From sequence record MT133560.1: DNA of 64,000 nt. One strand, written 5' to 3'. Of the stretch, positions 48,669 through 58,659 are shown piece by piece. Both the position numbers and the translations under genes were made by a program. The notes under the pieces were generated by a model. The model had not been told where the DNA came from, searched no databases, and saw nothing but the letters and a program-made list of their open reading frames with translations. Positions within the stretch are counted from its first letter, which is position 1, and each line of letters starts with the position of its first letter.

Positions 48669-48699
48669 TACACTAAAAAATAATTAAGATATATATTAC
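48669..48699 (+). promoter_or_regulatory. Early (vRNAP) promoter, TATATTAC core
   Basis: TACACTAAAAAATAATTAAGATATATATTAC; TATATTAC is the reported phiKZ early consensus. Confidence 0.85.
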
Positions 48700-48733
48700 T
48701 ACTATGCATACAATATCTTAAGAGGTTAATGAC

Positions 48734-49129
48734 ATGTTTAATCAACAATATAATCCAAATAGTTCAGCTAAGGTAATGGAGACATTACATGCCTGTGCTA
48801 AACTTATTAAGGAAATGTTTTATTATAATGATCAATATGTTCAAGTAGAATCGGCTTATACAGATGATCCAATCCAAGCATCCATTGAAACAGTAAATGA
48901 TGGGTATTACAGATTAGTTATTCAAGACACCACACCAGATAGTACGTGGCCAGTGTGGGCAGTTGTTTTTATCAGACAACGTGGTGGAGATATTAAGTGT
49001 CTCCATATTATCAATCGTATTACTGGAGTATCTGCAAATATAGATACGCAATTCAACTGTGATTCTTTTTACTCTGTTATTGATTTACTATTAGATCATT
49101 ATCGAGTATTAACTTCGATGGAATACTGA
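48734..49129 (+). CDS. Early hypothetical protein
   Basis: AGAGG RBS; own early promoter and terminator. Confidence 0.85.
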   Translation: MFNQQYNPNSSAKVMETLHACAKLIKEMFYYNDQYVQVESAYTDDPIQASIETVNDGYYRLVIQDTTPDSTWPVWAVVFIRQRGGDIKCLHIINRITGVSANIDTQFNCDSFYSVIDLLLDHYRVLTSMEY

Positions 49130-49139
49130 TATACATATT

Positions 49140-49161
49140 ACCCTCTCCTTCGGGAGGGGGT
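49140..49161 (+). terminator. Intrinsic terminator with UUCG loop
   Basis: ACCCTCTCC-TTCG-GGAGGGGGT followed by TTAT. Confidence 0.8.
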
Positions 49162-49184
49162 TTATATCGCATTAATTTTTTTAT

Positions 49185-49215
49185 TACACTAAAAAAAGTT
49201 TAAGATCTATATTAC
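49185..49215 (+). promoter_or_regulatory. Early (vRNAP) promoter, TATATTAC core
   Basis: TACACTAAAAAAAGTTTAAGATCTATATTAC; 27/31 identical to the copy at 48669. Confidence 0.85.
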
Positions 49216-49271
49216 AGACATGTATCTATATTGGATACTTATTAAAACTTAATGATTAGGAAAAATAGAAA

Positions 49272-49478
49272 ATGAAAGTACTAAAGATCGCAGCTGCAAT
49301 TATCTCAACTGGTGCCCTCGCTGTTGCCGCTATTAATCTATATAAGGCCGTTTCTAAATCAACCGTTATTGATGACATCGTAGCTGATGATGATACGGTA
49401 CTAGACAGTGAAGTAGATATTCTAACTGATGAGCTAGATAAAATCGATATTGATGATAGTGCTCAACAAGTCGATTAA
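49272..49478 (+). CDS. Early small protein, N-terminal membrane anchor and acidic tail
   Basis: AGGA RBS; IAAAIISTGALAVAAINLY followed by a D-rich tail. Confidence 0.75.
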   Translation: MKVLKIAAAIISTGALAVAAINLYKAVSKSTVIDDIVADDDTVLDSEVDILTDELDKIDIDDSAQQVD

Positions 49479-49496
49479 ATAATAGGGTTATCGCTA

Positions 49497-49925
49497 ATGG
49501 CGGCATTCACTTTAGCAAACTTAATGGGTGAGCTAAAGAAGAGTTCCGTCATTGACTTATTCAACGATGGAAAGGTCAAGGCAGAACTCTATCCAGCTCA
49601 TATGACATATATGGGTAGTGTGGTTGACTTACATCGTGTAGGCGATACATTCAGCTTCTATGTTGCAGATGGACATGGAGGCGTCACACGCTATCCATGT
49701 AGTAATCAGATTCTTGAATCGATAACATTAGAACCAGATGTTTATTATAAGTTAACTGGTAAAAAAGTTATTGAGAAAAGAATTGAATTACCAGCTGTTA
49801 CAGTACCAATTGAAGAACCCGCTAAGCGCATGCCGCTGGAAACAATCACATCAGTTGCTGTTATTGGCGGGTTTATTTTGTACGTTGGTACACGGTTTTA
49901 TAAAGCATGTAAAAAATTAAAATAA
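49497..49925 (+). CDS. Early protein with C-terminal membrane anchor
   Basis: ITSVAVIGGFILYVG followed by a basic tail. Confidence 0.8.
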   Translation: MAAFTLANLMGELKKSSVIDLFNDGKVKAELYPAHMTYMGSVVDLHRVGDTFSFYVADGHGGVTRYPCSNQILESITLEPDVYYKLTGKKVIEKRIELPAVTVPIEEPAKRMPLETITSVAVIGGFILYVGTRFYKACKKLK

Positions 49926-49932
49926 TACGGTC

Positions 49933-50631
49933 ATGCAGTATACTTTAGGTACAATAACCCTAGAGGAAACTGCAATGGCCGTATTAGACCGTCAATTTAA
50001 TATTCGTTTAAATGGTGCTGATTTAGATAAACAAAAGCGAATTATTAAAGAAATTTATACCAGGATTGCAAATGTGAATAACACAGTAATCAATGGTACT
50101 ACTGTAAGACTGATTTTATTTGTTAAAGCTAATGGCCAAGTGGCTACTGGAAGCGATGCTATTAAACTAATCAACGATGCAGAAACTAATCTACAGGCGT
50201 GGGTTCTTTCTAATCGCTTTATCTTTAAATGGATGTTTAGCCATGCTAGTGATTTTGGTGCAATCTCTTCCAATTTTGAAGAAGTTTCACCAGGTGTTTA
50301 TGATTGGAGTAAACGCCGTAGCTTTAATAAAGAATTTGATGATGAGCTAGCTAAAGCAAAAGAACGAAAACTAATTCGTCAAAATAAACCTACTCTATTT
50401 AAAACTATTAAGAAAGTAGGTAAAGCTGCATATGAAACTATTTCAGATAACTCAACTGCAATCGTAAGTTTAACTGCTATTGGACTATTAGCTCTTAAAG
50501 TAACATCTGATCATAATCAAGTTATTAACCAAATGAATGTTATTAAGAAATCAATTGGTAATATTGAGCTACCACCTGTTGAAGTAATCGTAAATACAGT
50601 TGGTGATGTATTAGATATCGATTTGTATTAA
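49933..50631 (+). CDS. Early protein with a hydrophobic segment near the C-terminus
   Basis: TAIVSLTAIGLLAL; last gene before the terminator. Confidence 0.8.
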   Translation: MQYTLGTITLEETAMAVLDRQFNIRLNGADLDKQKRIIKEIYTRIANVNNTVINGTTVRLILFVKANGQVATGSDAIKLINDAETNLQAWVLSNRFIFKWMFSHASDFGAISSNFEEVSPGVYDWSKRRSFNKEFDDELAKAKERKLIRQNKPTLFKTIKKVGKAAYETISDNSTAIVSLTAIGLLALKVTSDHNQVINQMNVIKKSIGNIELPPVEVIVNTVGDVLDIDLY

Positions 50632-50640
50632 GTGCATAAC

Positions 50641-50661
50641 GCCCTCCCATTACGGGAGGGC
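50641..50661. terminator. Bidirectional hairpin terminator
   Basis: GCCCTCCC-ATTAC-GGGAGGGC. Confidence 0.9.
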
Positions 50662-50676
50662 TATATGTCGTTAATA

Positions 50677-51192
50677 TCAATCGTTTTCTAATTCTTTTTC
50701 TCGTGCAGCATCCATCCGCTCCATAAATGCATTGGATTCCTCCATGATGATACCGATTTCAGTTTCACCTTCTTCAATAGTGTAATTCTCAAATTCCTCA
50801 TCAGGAATATCTGGAATCTCACGTGGTGTTGCAGGGACATCATTCGGATCACGTATTAATGGATTACGGTTCATTTGCATCTTAACGAATTCAGCAAAGC
50901 CTTCAGCAAGTTCACGGTTAGAGCGTGCACCCTCAGAATCAACTTGAATACGACGGTTAGCAATTGTTGTCTTATCCATTGAATCTGTTAATTTAAGAAT
51001 CATATCAACTGATTCTTTATCAGTAGGTACTTTACCAGTTGTATTTTCTAATACAGCTTTTAGTACTTTCTCTTTAACTGATTGTGTATACCGTATCTGC
51101 TGCTCATATTCTAGATCAGCATATACCTTTTCTTCTGTAGTTGATGATTTCTTTTCTAAAGGCTCATCAGATAAATCTGCACCATGGAACAT
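50677..51192 (-). CDS. Helical acidic hypothetical protein (gp170 region)
   Basis: AGAGGA RBS; 171 aa. Confidence 0.8.
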   Translation of the reverse strand: MFHGADLSDEPLEKKSSTTEEKVYADLEYEQQIRYTQSVKEKVLKAVLENTTGKVPTDKESVDMILKLTDSMDKTTIANRRIQVDSEGARSNRELAEGFAEFVKMQMNRNPLIRDPNDVPATPREIPDIPDEEFENYTIEEGETEIGIIMEESNAFMERMDAAREKELEND

Positions 51193-51228
51193 TTTATTAT
51201 CCTCTAATTAGTAATAGTAATACCTAAC

Positions 51229-51250
51229 ATACTTACCATATGCTAAGTAT
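51229..51250. promoter_or_regulatory. Palindrome centred on CATATG between divergent genes
   Basis: ATACTTA-C-CATATG-C-TAAGTAT; TATG on both strands. Confidence 0.5.
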
Positions 51251-51271
51251 CTGAAAAATAGGTCCTATATC

Positions 51272-51796
51272 ATGTTTAAGAAACTTATTCAATATTTCCG
51301 GGGCTTCCAAAAGGAAGTTGGTAAAGAACAACTTCTAACTGAATTAGAACGGATAGATAAAGATATTATTTCAGGTGAAGAACGATTAAAAGCTATTAAT
51401 AATTTCTGGCAATTAATTAATCTGGATGAATTAAAAACTCTGACCATCAGGAAGATGATAGGTGTTCCTGTCTATCTAAGACATTACAGTATTGGTTATT
51501 TATTAGATGCTCTAACTAGGTTAAATGATCATATTGCAAATGAAGATGATCTAAAGATTAGTGAAATGTGTCGTACTGAGTTTATCGACAGGAAATCAAT
51601 TGACCTTGATGAATATTTTATAAACAGTAATGATAGTTTTATTGATGTATGTAAATCTATTGAAACTATGCGTGACTTAATTTGGCAACAAACTGAATAT
51701 CTTGAACAGATTAACCATCAAGCATATCAGCGCCAGATGGATAGAATGTACTATGATATTATTGAACTATCAAGAGCAATTATTAAGTTACTATGA
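51272..51796 (+). CDS. Hypothetical protein
   Basis: AGGT RBS; helical. Confidence 0.8.
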   Translation: MFKKLIQYFRGFQKEVGKEQLLTELERIDKDIISGEERLKAINNFWQLINLDELKTLTIRKMIGVPVYLRHYSIGYLLDALTRLNDHIANEDDLKISEMCRTEFIDRKSIDLDEYFINSNDSFIDVCKSIETMRDLIWQQTEYLEQINHQAYQRQMDRMYYDIIELSRAIIKLL

Positions 51797-51866
51797 GGTG
51801 CAGACTATACAAGTATAAATTAATATAAAGTGTGTTTATTATCAATTCACCGTAGGTGTAAAAAAG

Positions 51867-52628
51867 ATGGAATCTGTAAAAGACTTATTAAGCGATCCTC
51901 AAAAAGGATTAAGGCAGGCAGAAGGGGTTTTGTGTTATGTTTTCCGGGAAGTACTACTGTGGCGTAATATGACACAGTTTGCTTGGGATAAACGTTTGAA
52001 TGCGTACTTTCAAAAACCACATAACAAGAATAACCCAGATAAAGGTAATCTTAATAAAGCACTTAAAGCTGATACAATGAGTTGGGATGGCTTTAAGAAA
52101 GCTATTGATTTCTTATCACCTGTTAAAGCAACATTAGAGGTACGTCTGATTTGGGGTACATCAAAACCTGATTCAGTTTATACGATCAATATCGATCCAA
52201 CTGAAGATGAGGTAACTTGCTCTGCAAATGATTTCCCCTATGAAGAATGTGAAATTTTTAAGAATCAAAAACCAGCTACAACTACAATGGCCCATCTGTA
52301 TAGGCATATTCTCTGGAAAGAAGGAATTAACCAGGAGAAGTGGGATAAGCTATGGGAAGAGTTTTTAAATAATCCAGTCAACCTTGTAGGATTGGATAAA
52401 AAGAAACTTACCTCATTGGCTAATACACAAAGGCGTGGTTTACTATCGCCCAATATGTCTTGGAATACATTAAGACGTGGATTCCTACTACTACGGCCTA
52501 AAGAGGAGAGATACACTCTTTCTCTACAATGGACTGATGATCCTAATCTTCGAGATAAACTAGAGGACAGTGTGCATATTGTTCCTGTACCTGATCCTCA
52601 TTGGGTGGAGCCTAATTCAAATGAATAA
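51867..52628 (+). CDS. Hypothetical protein with internal two-fold repeat
   Basis: Two segments share the pattern R-x-x-L...W-D-K...P-x-N...M-S-W...L-x-P...L-x-W. Confidence 0.8.
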   Translation: MESVKDLLSDPQKGLRQAEGVLCYVFREVLLWRNMTQFAWDKRLNAYFQKPHNKNNPDKGNLNKALKADTMSWDGFKKAIDFLSPVKATLEVRLIWGTSKPDSVYTINIDPTEDEVTCSANDFPYEECEIFKNQKPATTTMAHLYRHILWKEGINQEKWDKLWEEFLNNPVNLVGLDKKKLTSLANTQRRGLLSPNMSWNTLRRGFLLLRPKEERYTLSLQWTDDPNLRDKLEDSVHIVPVPDPHWVEPNSNE

Positions 52629-53061
52629 TCCAGAAACCCCATGGGTACAAAATAATTATCCTGTAGATAGCATCATTGTAGATCAGAGCGGTAATACACC
52701 GCTCCCTGATCTATTTCAGTTTAATGGAAAAGAGAAGAAGACCACACTTGATAATGAGAATTTCTTTTCATTCAAAGGTCTTCGGATGTATCTCATCACT
52801 GGTAAAAAAGAAAAGGCTTTTCTTCAACCAGAGGTTAATTCCCATTATAAATTAGACTATGGTTTAAAGTATCAATACGTAGATGGACTTACCAATATCC
52901 TTCGTGATACCCTATTATTAAATCTTAATAGTCGACCATTCGTTTTATTTAAAGCAAAAAGTTTTGGTCCATTAGTTTTATCAGGAGCAAACCTAACCAT
53001 TCAAGAAAAAGAATGGTTTGAAATTGTTTGTGATGTTATTAAATCAATCAAACAGAGATAA
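52621..53061 (+). CDS. Hypothetical protein
   Basis: Start moved to ATG 52621 (GGTGGAG RBS), overlapping the upstream stop. Confidence 0.75.
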   Translation: MNNPETPWVQNNYPVDSIIVDQSGNTPLPDLFQFNGKEKKTTLDNENFFSFKGLRMYLITGKKEKAFLQPEVNSHYKLDYGLKYQYVDGLTNILRDTLLLNLNSRPFVLFKAKSFGPLVLSGANLTIQEKEWFEIVCDVIKSIKQR

Positions 53062-53065
53062 CTTA

Positions 53066-53992
53066 ATGCATACTGAACATAGCCTTAAAATCAGTAAAAA
53101 GATTAACTTCCTTGTGCAAGTAGAAGCACGTATTAATGAACTATATCAGCAAAGACAAAATATGTCAATTGATCAATTCTCAAAAGAATTTTTCAATGAA
53201 TCACCTGATGTAGTTAAACAAGCTATCACTGAGCTATATACAACATATCCATTCCAAGATGAAACTAATCCAAAACGGCAAAACCTTCGTTTAGCTATAT
53301 TTATCCACGATAATGATGTTAGTTGGATTAGTTCAATTCTAGGCGTAGATGAATTTAATAATGTTTTAAGGCACGCAGATATTTTTTATAATTATGTTAG
53401 TAGTTGCGAGACTGTTGTTCAGCGTAATTATTATGCGTCTTTACCAGATTACCGTGGCTACATGTATGCTATCTATGAAGAGGCATTCAACCGCGTTGCC
53501 CCACTAGTCAATAAGTATTTAGATATTGATGCACATGACAGTGTTTCATTTTTAGAAACACCCCATGTTCTACCAAAAAAGAGTGTATCTATTAAAGATA
53601 TTATTGATCCATTTGGTCCATATAAACCTAATTACTGTATTAGTGATATTTATAGTGCACAAGCTACACAAGTAACAGAAAATACATATATCGCAGTTAA
53701 TACATTTATCCGTACTGAGGTATATGAAAGACTATGTGCTGAAGGCGATACTGTAGATAAGATTGTTATTTCAGATAAACAAAGTATTATTAATGATGAG
53801 GATTATATTAAACTAGTCCAAGATAAGATTAATGCATTCCATAAAGAAATGGTAGATAATGATTTTATACTTTATGCGCCGTTTAATATGTCCAGGTTAA
53901 TTTATGTAATGAAGGCTAAATATCCGATTAAAGTTACTATTAGTTGTAAGGGATTCAAGCATATTGGAAAATTTATTGCTTATAAAAAATAG
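53066..53992 (+). CDS. Hypothetical protein
   Basis: ATG 4 nt after the upstream stop. Confidence 0.78.
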   Translation: MHTEHSLKISKKINFLVQVEARINELYQQRQNMSIDQFSKEFFNESPDVVKQAITELYTTYPFQDETNPKRQNLRLAIFIHDNDVSWISSILGVDEFNNVLRHADIFYNYVSSCETVVQRNYYASLPDYRGYMYAIYEEAFNRVAPLVNKYLDIDAHDSVSFLETPHVLPKKSVSIKDIIDPFGPYKPNYCISDIYSAQATQVTENTYIAVNTFIRTEVYERLCAEGDTVDKIVISDKQSIINDEDYIKLVQDKINAFHKEMVDNDFILYAPFNMSRLIYVMKAKYPIKVTISCKGFKHIGKFIAYKK

Positions 53993-54002
53993 TAGTTTTT
54001 AA

Positions 54003-55140
<1,138 letters not shown>

Positions 55141-55148
55141 CAGCATAA

Positions 55149-55169
55149 GCCCTCCCATTACGGGAGGGC
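55149..55169. terminator. Bidirectional hairpin terminator
   Basis: CATAA-GCCCTCCC-ATTAC-GGGAGGGC-ATTATG. Confidence 0.9.
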
Positions 55170-55190
55170 ATTATGTCTTTTTTTTTATTT

Positions 55191-56003
55191 TTAACGCATG
55201 AAGCCAGGGCGCCTATGTTTAACTGGTGAAATATCCCAGCCAAGACTTTTCGCTAGATCTGTCACATTGGTGATATCAGAACATTCAAAACCCATGTTAA
55301 TTTGACGTTCACGTTCACGCTGTACCTGATATAGAGTATCAGGCGTGATAACCATTAATTGATCTTCATAGTTCTCTAATGCAGGGGAATTCCATTTATT
55401 AGCACCGTAAATACCACCTTCCCCAACCATATCCCAAGTTGAAATCTCACGGGTATATTTGATACCGCGCATAGGATCATCTTGAGTTATTGACCTTACC
55501 GAGCAATAAGTATTCTGAGAAGGATTGGTAATAGATGCTTCGAAGTACTTACCAAAAGGACCGTATGGTTTGCATTTGCCAAGTACTAGTTTAATAGGAA
55601 GACCTTTCTCATCTGTAGAATCAACCAGAATAAGTTCCTTAATATGCGCACACACACGATCATCATCGATTTGACGAATTCGCATTAGGTACTCATGTTC
55701 ATTCATCCGTGTGCCATCTTTACGATAGGGTTCAGGGTGTTTGTATTCCATGAATAGAACACCCTTTTTAACACGGCGCATTAAAGGTGAGTCTGGATTA
55801 AACATAGATACGCCGGATGCCATTTCATAGAACATACCAGCTGAATTTCGGGTACCATAAGCTCCTAGTGGAGTTAGATAGTAACCATCCGCATCAGGTA
55901 CTAATACACCTTTTTTATTAGTACCGGCTAACATATCACTGCCGATAACTACTTGGTTATTAGTACGCTGTTGCAAACCAGAAAAATTAGAATATGGTTG
56001 CAT
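55191..56003 (-). CDS. gp175: Prohead (morphogenetic) serine protease, T4 gp21-like
   Basis: 270 aa; N-x-x-G-x-x-Y, E-Y-K-H-P (H89), C-S-V-R-S with Ser at 168 (the reported catalytic position); ALE210 autocleavage-type site. Confidence 0.9.
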   Translation of the reverse strand: MQPYSNFSGLQQRTNNQVVIGSDMLAGTNKKGVLVPDADGYYLTPLGAYGTRNSAGMFYEMASGVSMFNPDSPLMRRVKKGVLFMEYKHPEPYRKDGTRMNEHEYLMRIRQIDDDRVCAHIKELILVDSTDEKGLPIKLVLGKCKPYGPFGKYFEASITNPSQNTYCSVRSITQDDPMRGIKYTREISTWDMVGEGGIYGANKWNSPALENYEDQLMVITPDTLYQVQRERERQINMGFECSDITNVTDLAKSLGWDISPVKHRRPGFMR

Positions 56004-56014
56004 AACGCAACTCC

Positions 56015-56743
56015 TTAGGTCCTGAGGAGTTCTTCAATAAGCTCTACTGACTCAGATGGGTTAACAAGTGCTGATGTGATACCTTGATCAAAATAAGCCC
56101 CATTGAGTTTTGATGTTGTGTCTGAAGTATTCCAGATAACTGAACGGAATGGTACGTCGACTGGTGGATTATCCACGATATCACTGTGTCTAGTTAACAC
56201 ATGTCGATATAGTTGTGATATATCATCCGAGGCACGCTGAGTGGTTGAAATAATAAGTTGTAATGTAGGCCATCCACCAAGGTTAACACCAGCGTGTAAA
56301 TTAGCTGTCTCAAATAATTTGGCTTTGTCATAATAGTTAATATACCAAGGGAAGTTTCCTTTGTTAATTAACTCATCATAGACATAGTAAGTTAATGTAT
56401 CATTAACAACTAAGTAAGTATTCTGGAAAATCTTACTACCTTTATCAAAATGAAATTCTAGATAAACTTCACCATTGATGTGGACGCGTTCAGTAGAGAT
56501 TGGATTTATCCGCATCATTGCAATGGTATTATTTACTGCGTAATATTCATCATTAAAAATAATAGGAAATATACCAATAGTGAATACTTCACTACCAATA
56601 ACAGCTAGATGTCTTCCTGTAAATCTTTCTGGAATCTGTATTTTACATGGGGCATTAGTTACTACTGAATTATCTTCTAAATCAGTTAGATGACTGTGGA
56701 CCCGTTCTGGATCCCGTCGAAGAGAACGTACGTCCATTATCAT
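56015..56743 (-). CDS. Probable virion RNAP beta-prime C-terminal fragment (gp176 position)
   Basis: C-terminus DTTSKLNGAYFDQGITSAL...EELLR resembles RpoC SFISAASFQETTRVLTEAA...ENVIVG; position beside the protease as in related phages. Confidence 0.55.
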   Translation of the reverse strand: MIMDVRSLRRDPERVHSHLTDLEDNSVVTNAPCKIQIPERFTGRHLAVIGSEVFTIGIFPIIFNDEYYAVNNTIAMMRINPISTERVHINGEVYLEFHFDKGSKIFQNTYLVVNDTLTYYVYDELINKGNFPWYINYYDKAKLFETANLHAGVNLGGWPTLQLIISTTQRASDDISQLYRHVLTRHSDIVDNPPVDVPFRSVIWNTSDTTSKLNGAYFDQGITSALVNPSESVELIEELLRT

Positions 56744-56816
56744 GTCCTAATTGTTCATTTATGTAAAGATTAAAATACTTAATCAAAATCATGCACCTTT
56801 AAATATTCGCTGTATT

Positions 56817-56844
56817 ACTCCGGTATCCTTCCAAATACCGGAGT
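56817..56844 (-). terminator. Hairpin, probable terminator
   Basis: ACTCCGGTAT-CCTTCCAA-ATACCGGAGT. Confidence 0.65.
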
Positions 56845-56890
56845 TTATCATCGATTGCATGTTTTAATGATTATTAACCATTAAGATAAT

Positions 56891-58450
56891 TTAATTAGAA
56901 ACTTCTTCTTCGATTTCAACATCATCTAAAGTTTCAGTGCTATCATCTTCTACAGTTTCAATAACTTCTTTTACTGGTAGTTTTGCATAAGGATCAACAA
57001 CACCAGTGAACCGCTCAACTTTAATCTGTTGAGACAGCCATGCTGCCATTAGTGAAATTAGTGATTGTGTATTGAGTTCACGTAGAGTGGCCTCAGGATA
57101 CATTTGACTAAATTCATCAACTGCTAGCAGATATTGCCAGTAAACATTTTCTGTAAAGAATGTTTTACAGATAAGTTTACCAAAGGTGATATAAGGATTC
57201 TTAAGATCTTCAGTCGTCATCGTACTCATTGCTTCTTTAATACGATATTCGAGTTCATTAACATGGCGATCTTTAAGTTCAGTATTAATGACACCATCCA
57301 TAAATGATTCATGAATGTCATTGCGTAGTTTACGTAAACCTTTATCCATAGCCGATTGTTTAATCAGCGGATATACTGATAGCCAACGTTGAATAAACTG
57401 TTCTGAGTTATTAAGAATCTGTTCTAGGTAAATGTTATTACTACCTGCTACAGCTGCACCAAGGATAGCTTGGATGTCACCACCGGCTAATTCAAATTGA
57501 GGTGCAACATCACCATTAATGATTACTTTGCAACGAGAATTAGCAACTACATTATTAGCTTCTGAGGCTAGGATGAGTAGACCTGCATCACGATCAGCTT
57601 GACGACGTTCATAAGCACGCTTGAGATAGAATCCAAACATCTCATGTAGTTTACGAATAGTTAGTGACCATGTTTCTAGGTCAACATCACTCTCGCCAAT
57701 AACTTCAACCGGGTTATCGATGTAGTGACCGCAAATCATGTAAGCCAGAGCTAGTGCATCAACAGTGAATGGGAAGGACCTACCCACAACATATTCAAGT
57801 TCACCTGGAATGAGAAGACGACCATCATTGAAGATAGAATTCCACACACCTTCAATAACAGCGGCACTATTAGGAATAGATAGTAGCCATTCTTCAACTT
57901 CAGTTTGATCTAGATGCGAATTACCCATTGACACTAACCGAATAATTTCATTAGCATCAATTGATTCTAGAATAAAGGTACGATACTCAGGTAGCGGCTG
58001 TAAATTATTGTATCGTGTACTAACGTGTGCAGTTAAGCGGGGATCACTATGAACTGCATTATAGTGGTAGAATGTAGCGCTTACATCTGGTTGACAACTA
58101 ATGCTTTGACGCTCATTAAAAACACGTACCATATATTCAATTGCAGGGCAAATAACATTCTGCGTATTGAATTGGATCTTTTGTAATGATGAGCAGACAT
58201 GTGCAATCAGAGCTTCTTGCTCTTCTTCTACACTAACAGGTTGCTCTTGGTTAGCTTCCTCGAAGAACTCTTCTACAGATGCTTCCAGCTCTTCAGAGAG
58301 GGCAACTTTATTAGAGTTGCCATCTACACTGAAACCATCTGCAAAGACCGCAAGGGGATATGTTTCATTAGGGATAACTAGAACAAGGTTATCCTCAGTT
58401 AGACTACGTGCTGAGCCAACAATCGCAGCTTGGGTTTCTTTACAGAACAT
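56891..58450 (-). CDS. Head/virion protein with acidic N- and C-terminal segments (gp177 position)
   Basis: AAGGAG RBS; ASVE and VSVE cleavage-type motifs in an E-rich N-terminus. Confidence 0.7.
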   Translation of the reverse strand: MFCKETQAAIVGSARSLTEDNLVLVIPNETYPLAVFADGFSVDGNSNKVALSEELEASVEEFFEEANQEQPVSVEEEQEALIAHVCSSLQKIQFNTQNVICPAIEYMVRVFNERQSISCQPDVSATFYHYNAVHSDPRLTAHVSTRYNNLQPLPEYRTFILESIDANEIIRLVSMGNSHLDQTEVEEWLLSIPNSAAVIEGVWNSIFNDGRLLIPGELEYVVGRSFPFTVDALALAYMICGHYIDNPVEVIGESDVDLETWSLTIRKLHEMFGFYLKRAYERRQADRDAGLLILASEANNVVANSRCKVIINGDVAPQFELAGGDIQAILGAAVAGSNNIYLEQILNNSEQFIQRWLSVYPLIKQSAMDKGLRKLRNDIHESFMDGVINTELKDRHVNELEYRIKEAMSTMTTEDLKNPYITFGKLICKTFFTENVYWQYLLAVDEFSQMYPEATLRELNTQSLISLMAAWLSQQIKVERFTGVVDPYAKLPVKEVIETVEDDSTETLDDVEIEEEVSN

Positions 58451-58461
58451 TTTAACACTCC

Positions 58462-58659
58462 TTAGATATTGAGGTTCTTCATTAAGCGAGCGTTTAAAGC
58501 TGCTGCAATATCAGCCTCAGTTAAAAACTCCCCATTCAGAGATGGGGAGCTGGTGGTGCCACCAAGCGATTGTAGAATTGCTTGAGTACCTAGTTTAACA
58601 GCAGCATGAAGAACAGCAATGTTCTGACCATGTGCTACATTATTACTTAGCTTTTGCAT
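58462..58659 (-). CDS. Small 65-aa protein between RNAP beta and gp177
   Basis: AGAGGA RBS 8 nt upstream; fills the gap exactly; 17-nt overlap with the RNAP stop. Confidence 0.7.
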   Translation of the reverse strand: MQKLSNNVAHGQNIAVLHAAVKLGTQAILQSLGGTTSSPSLNGEFLTEADIAAALNARLMKNLNI

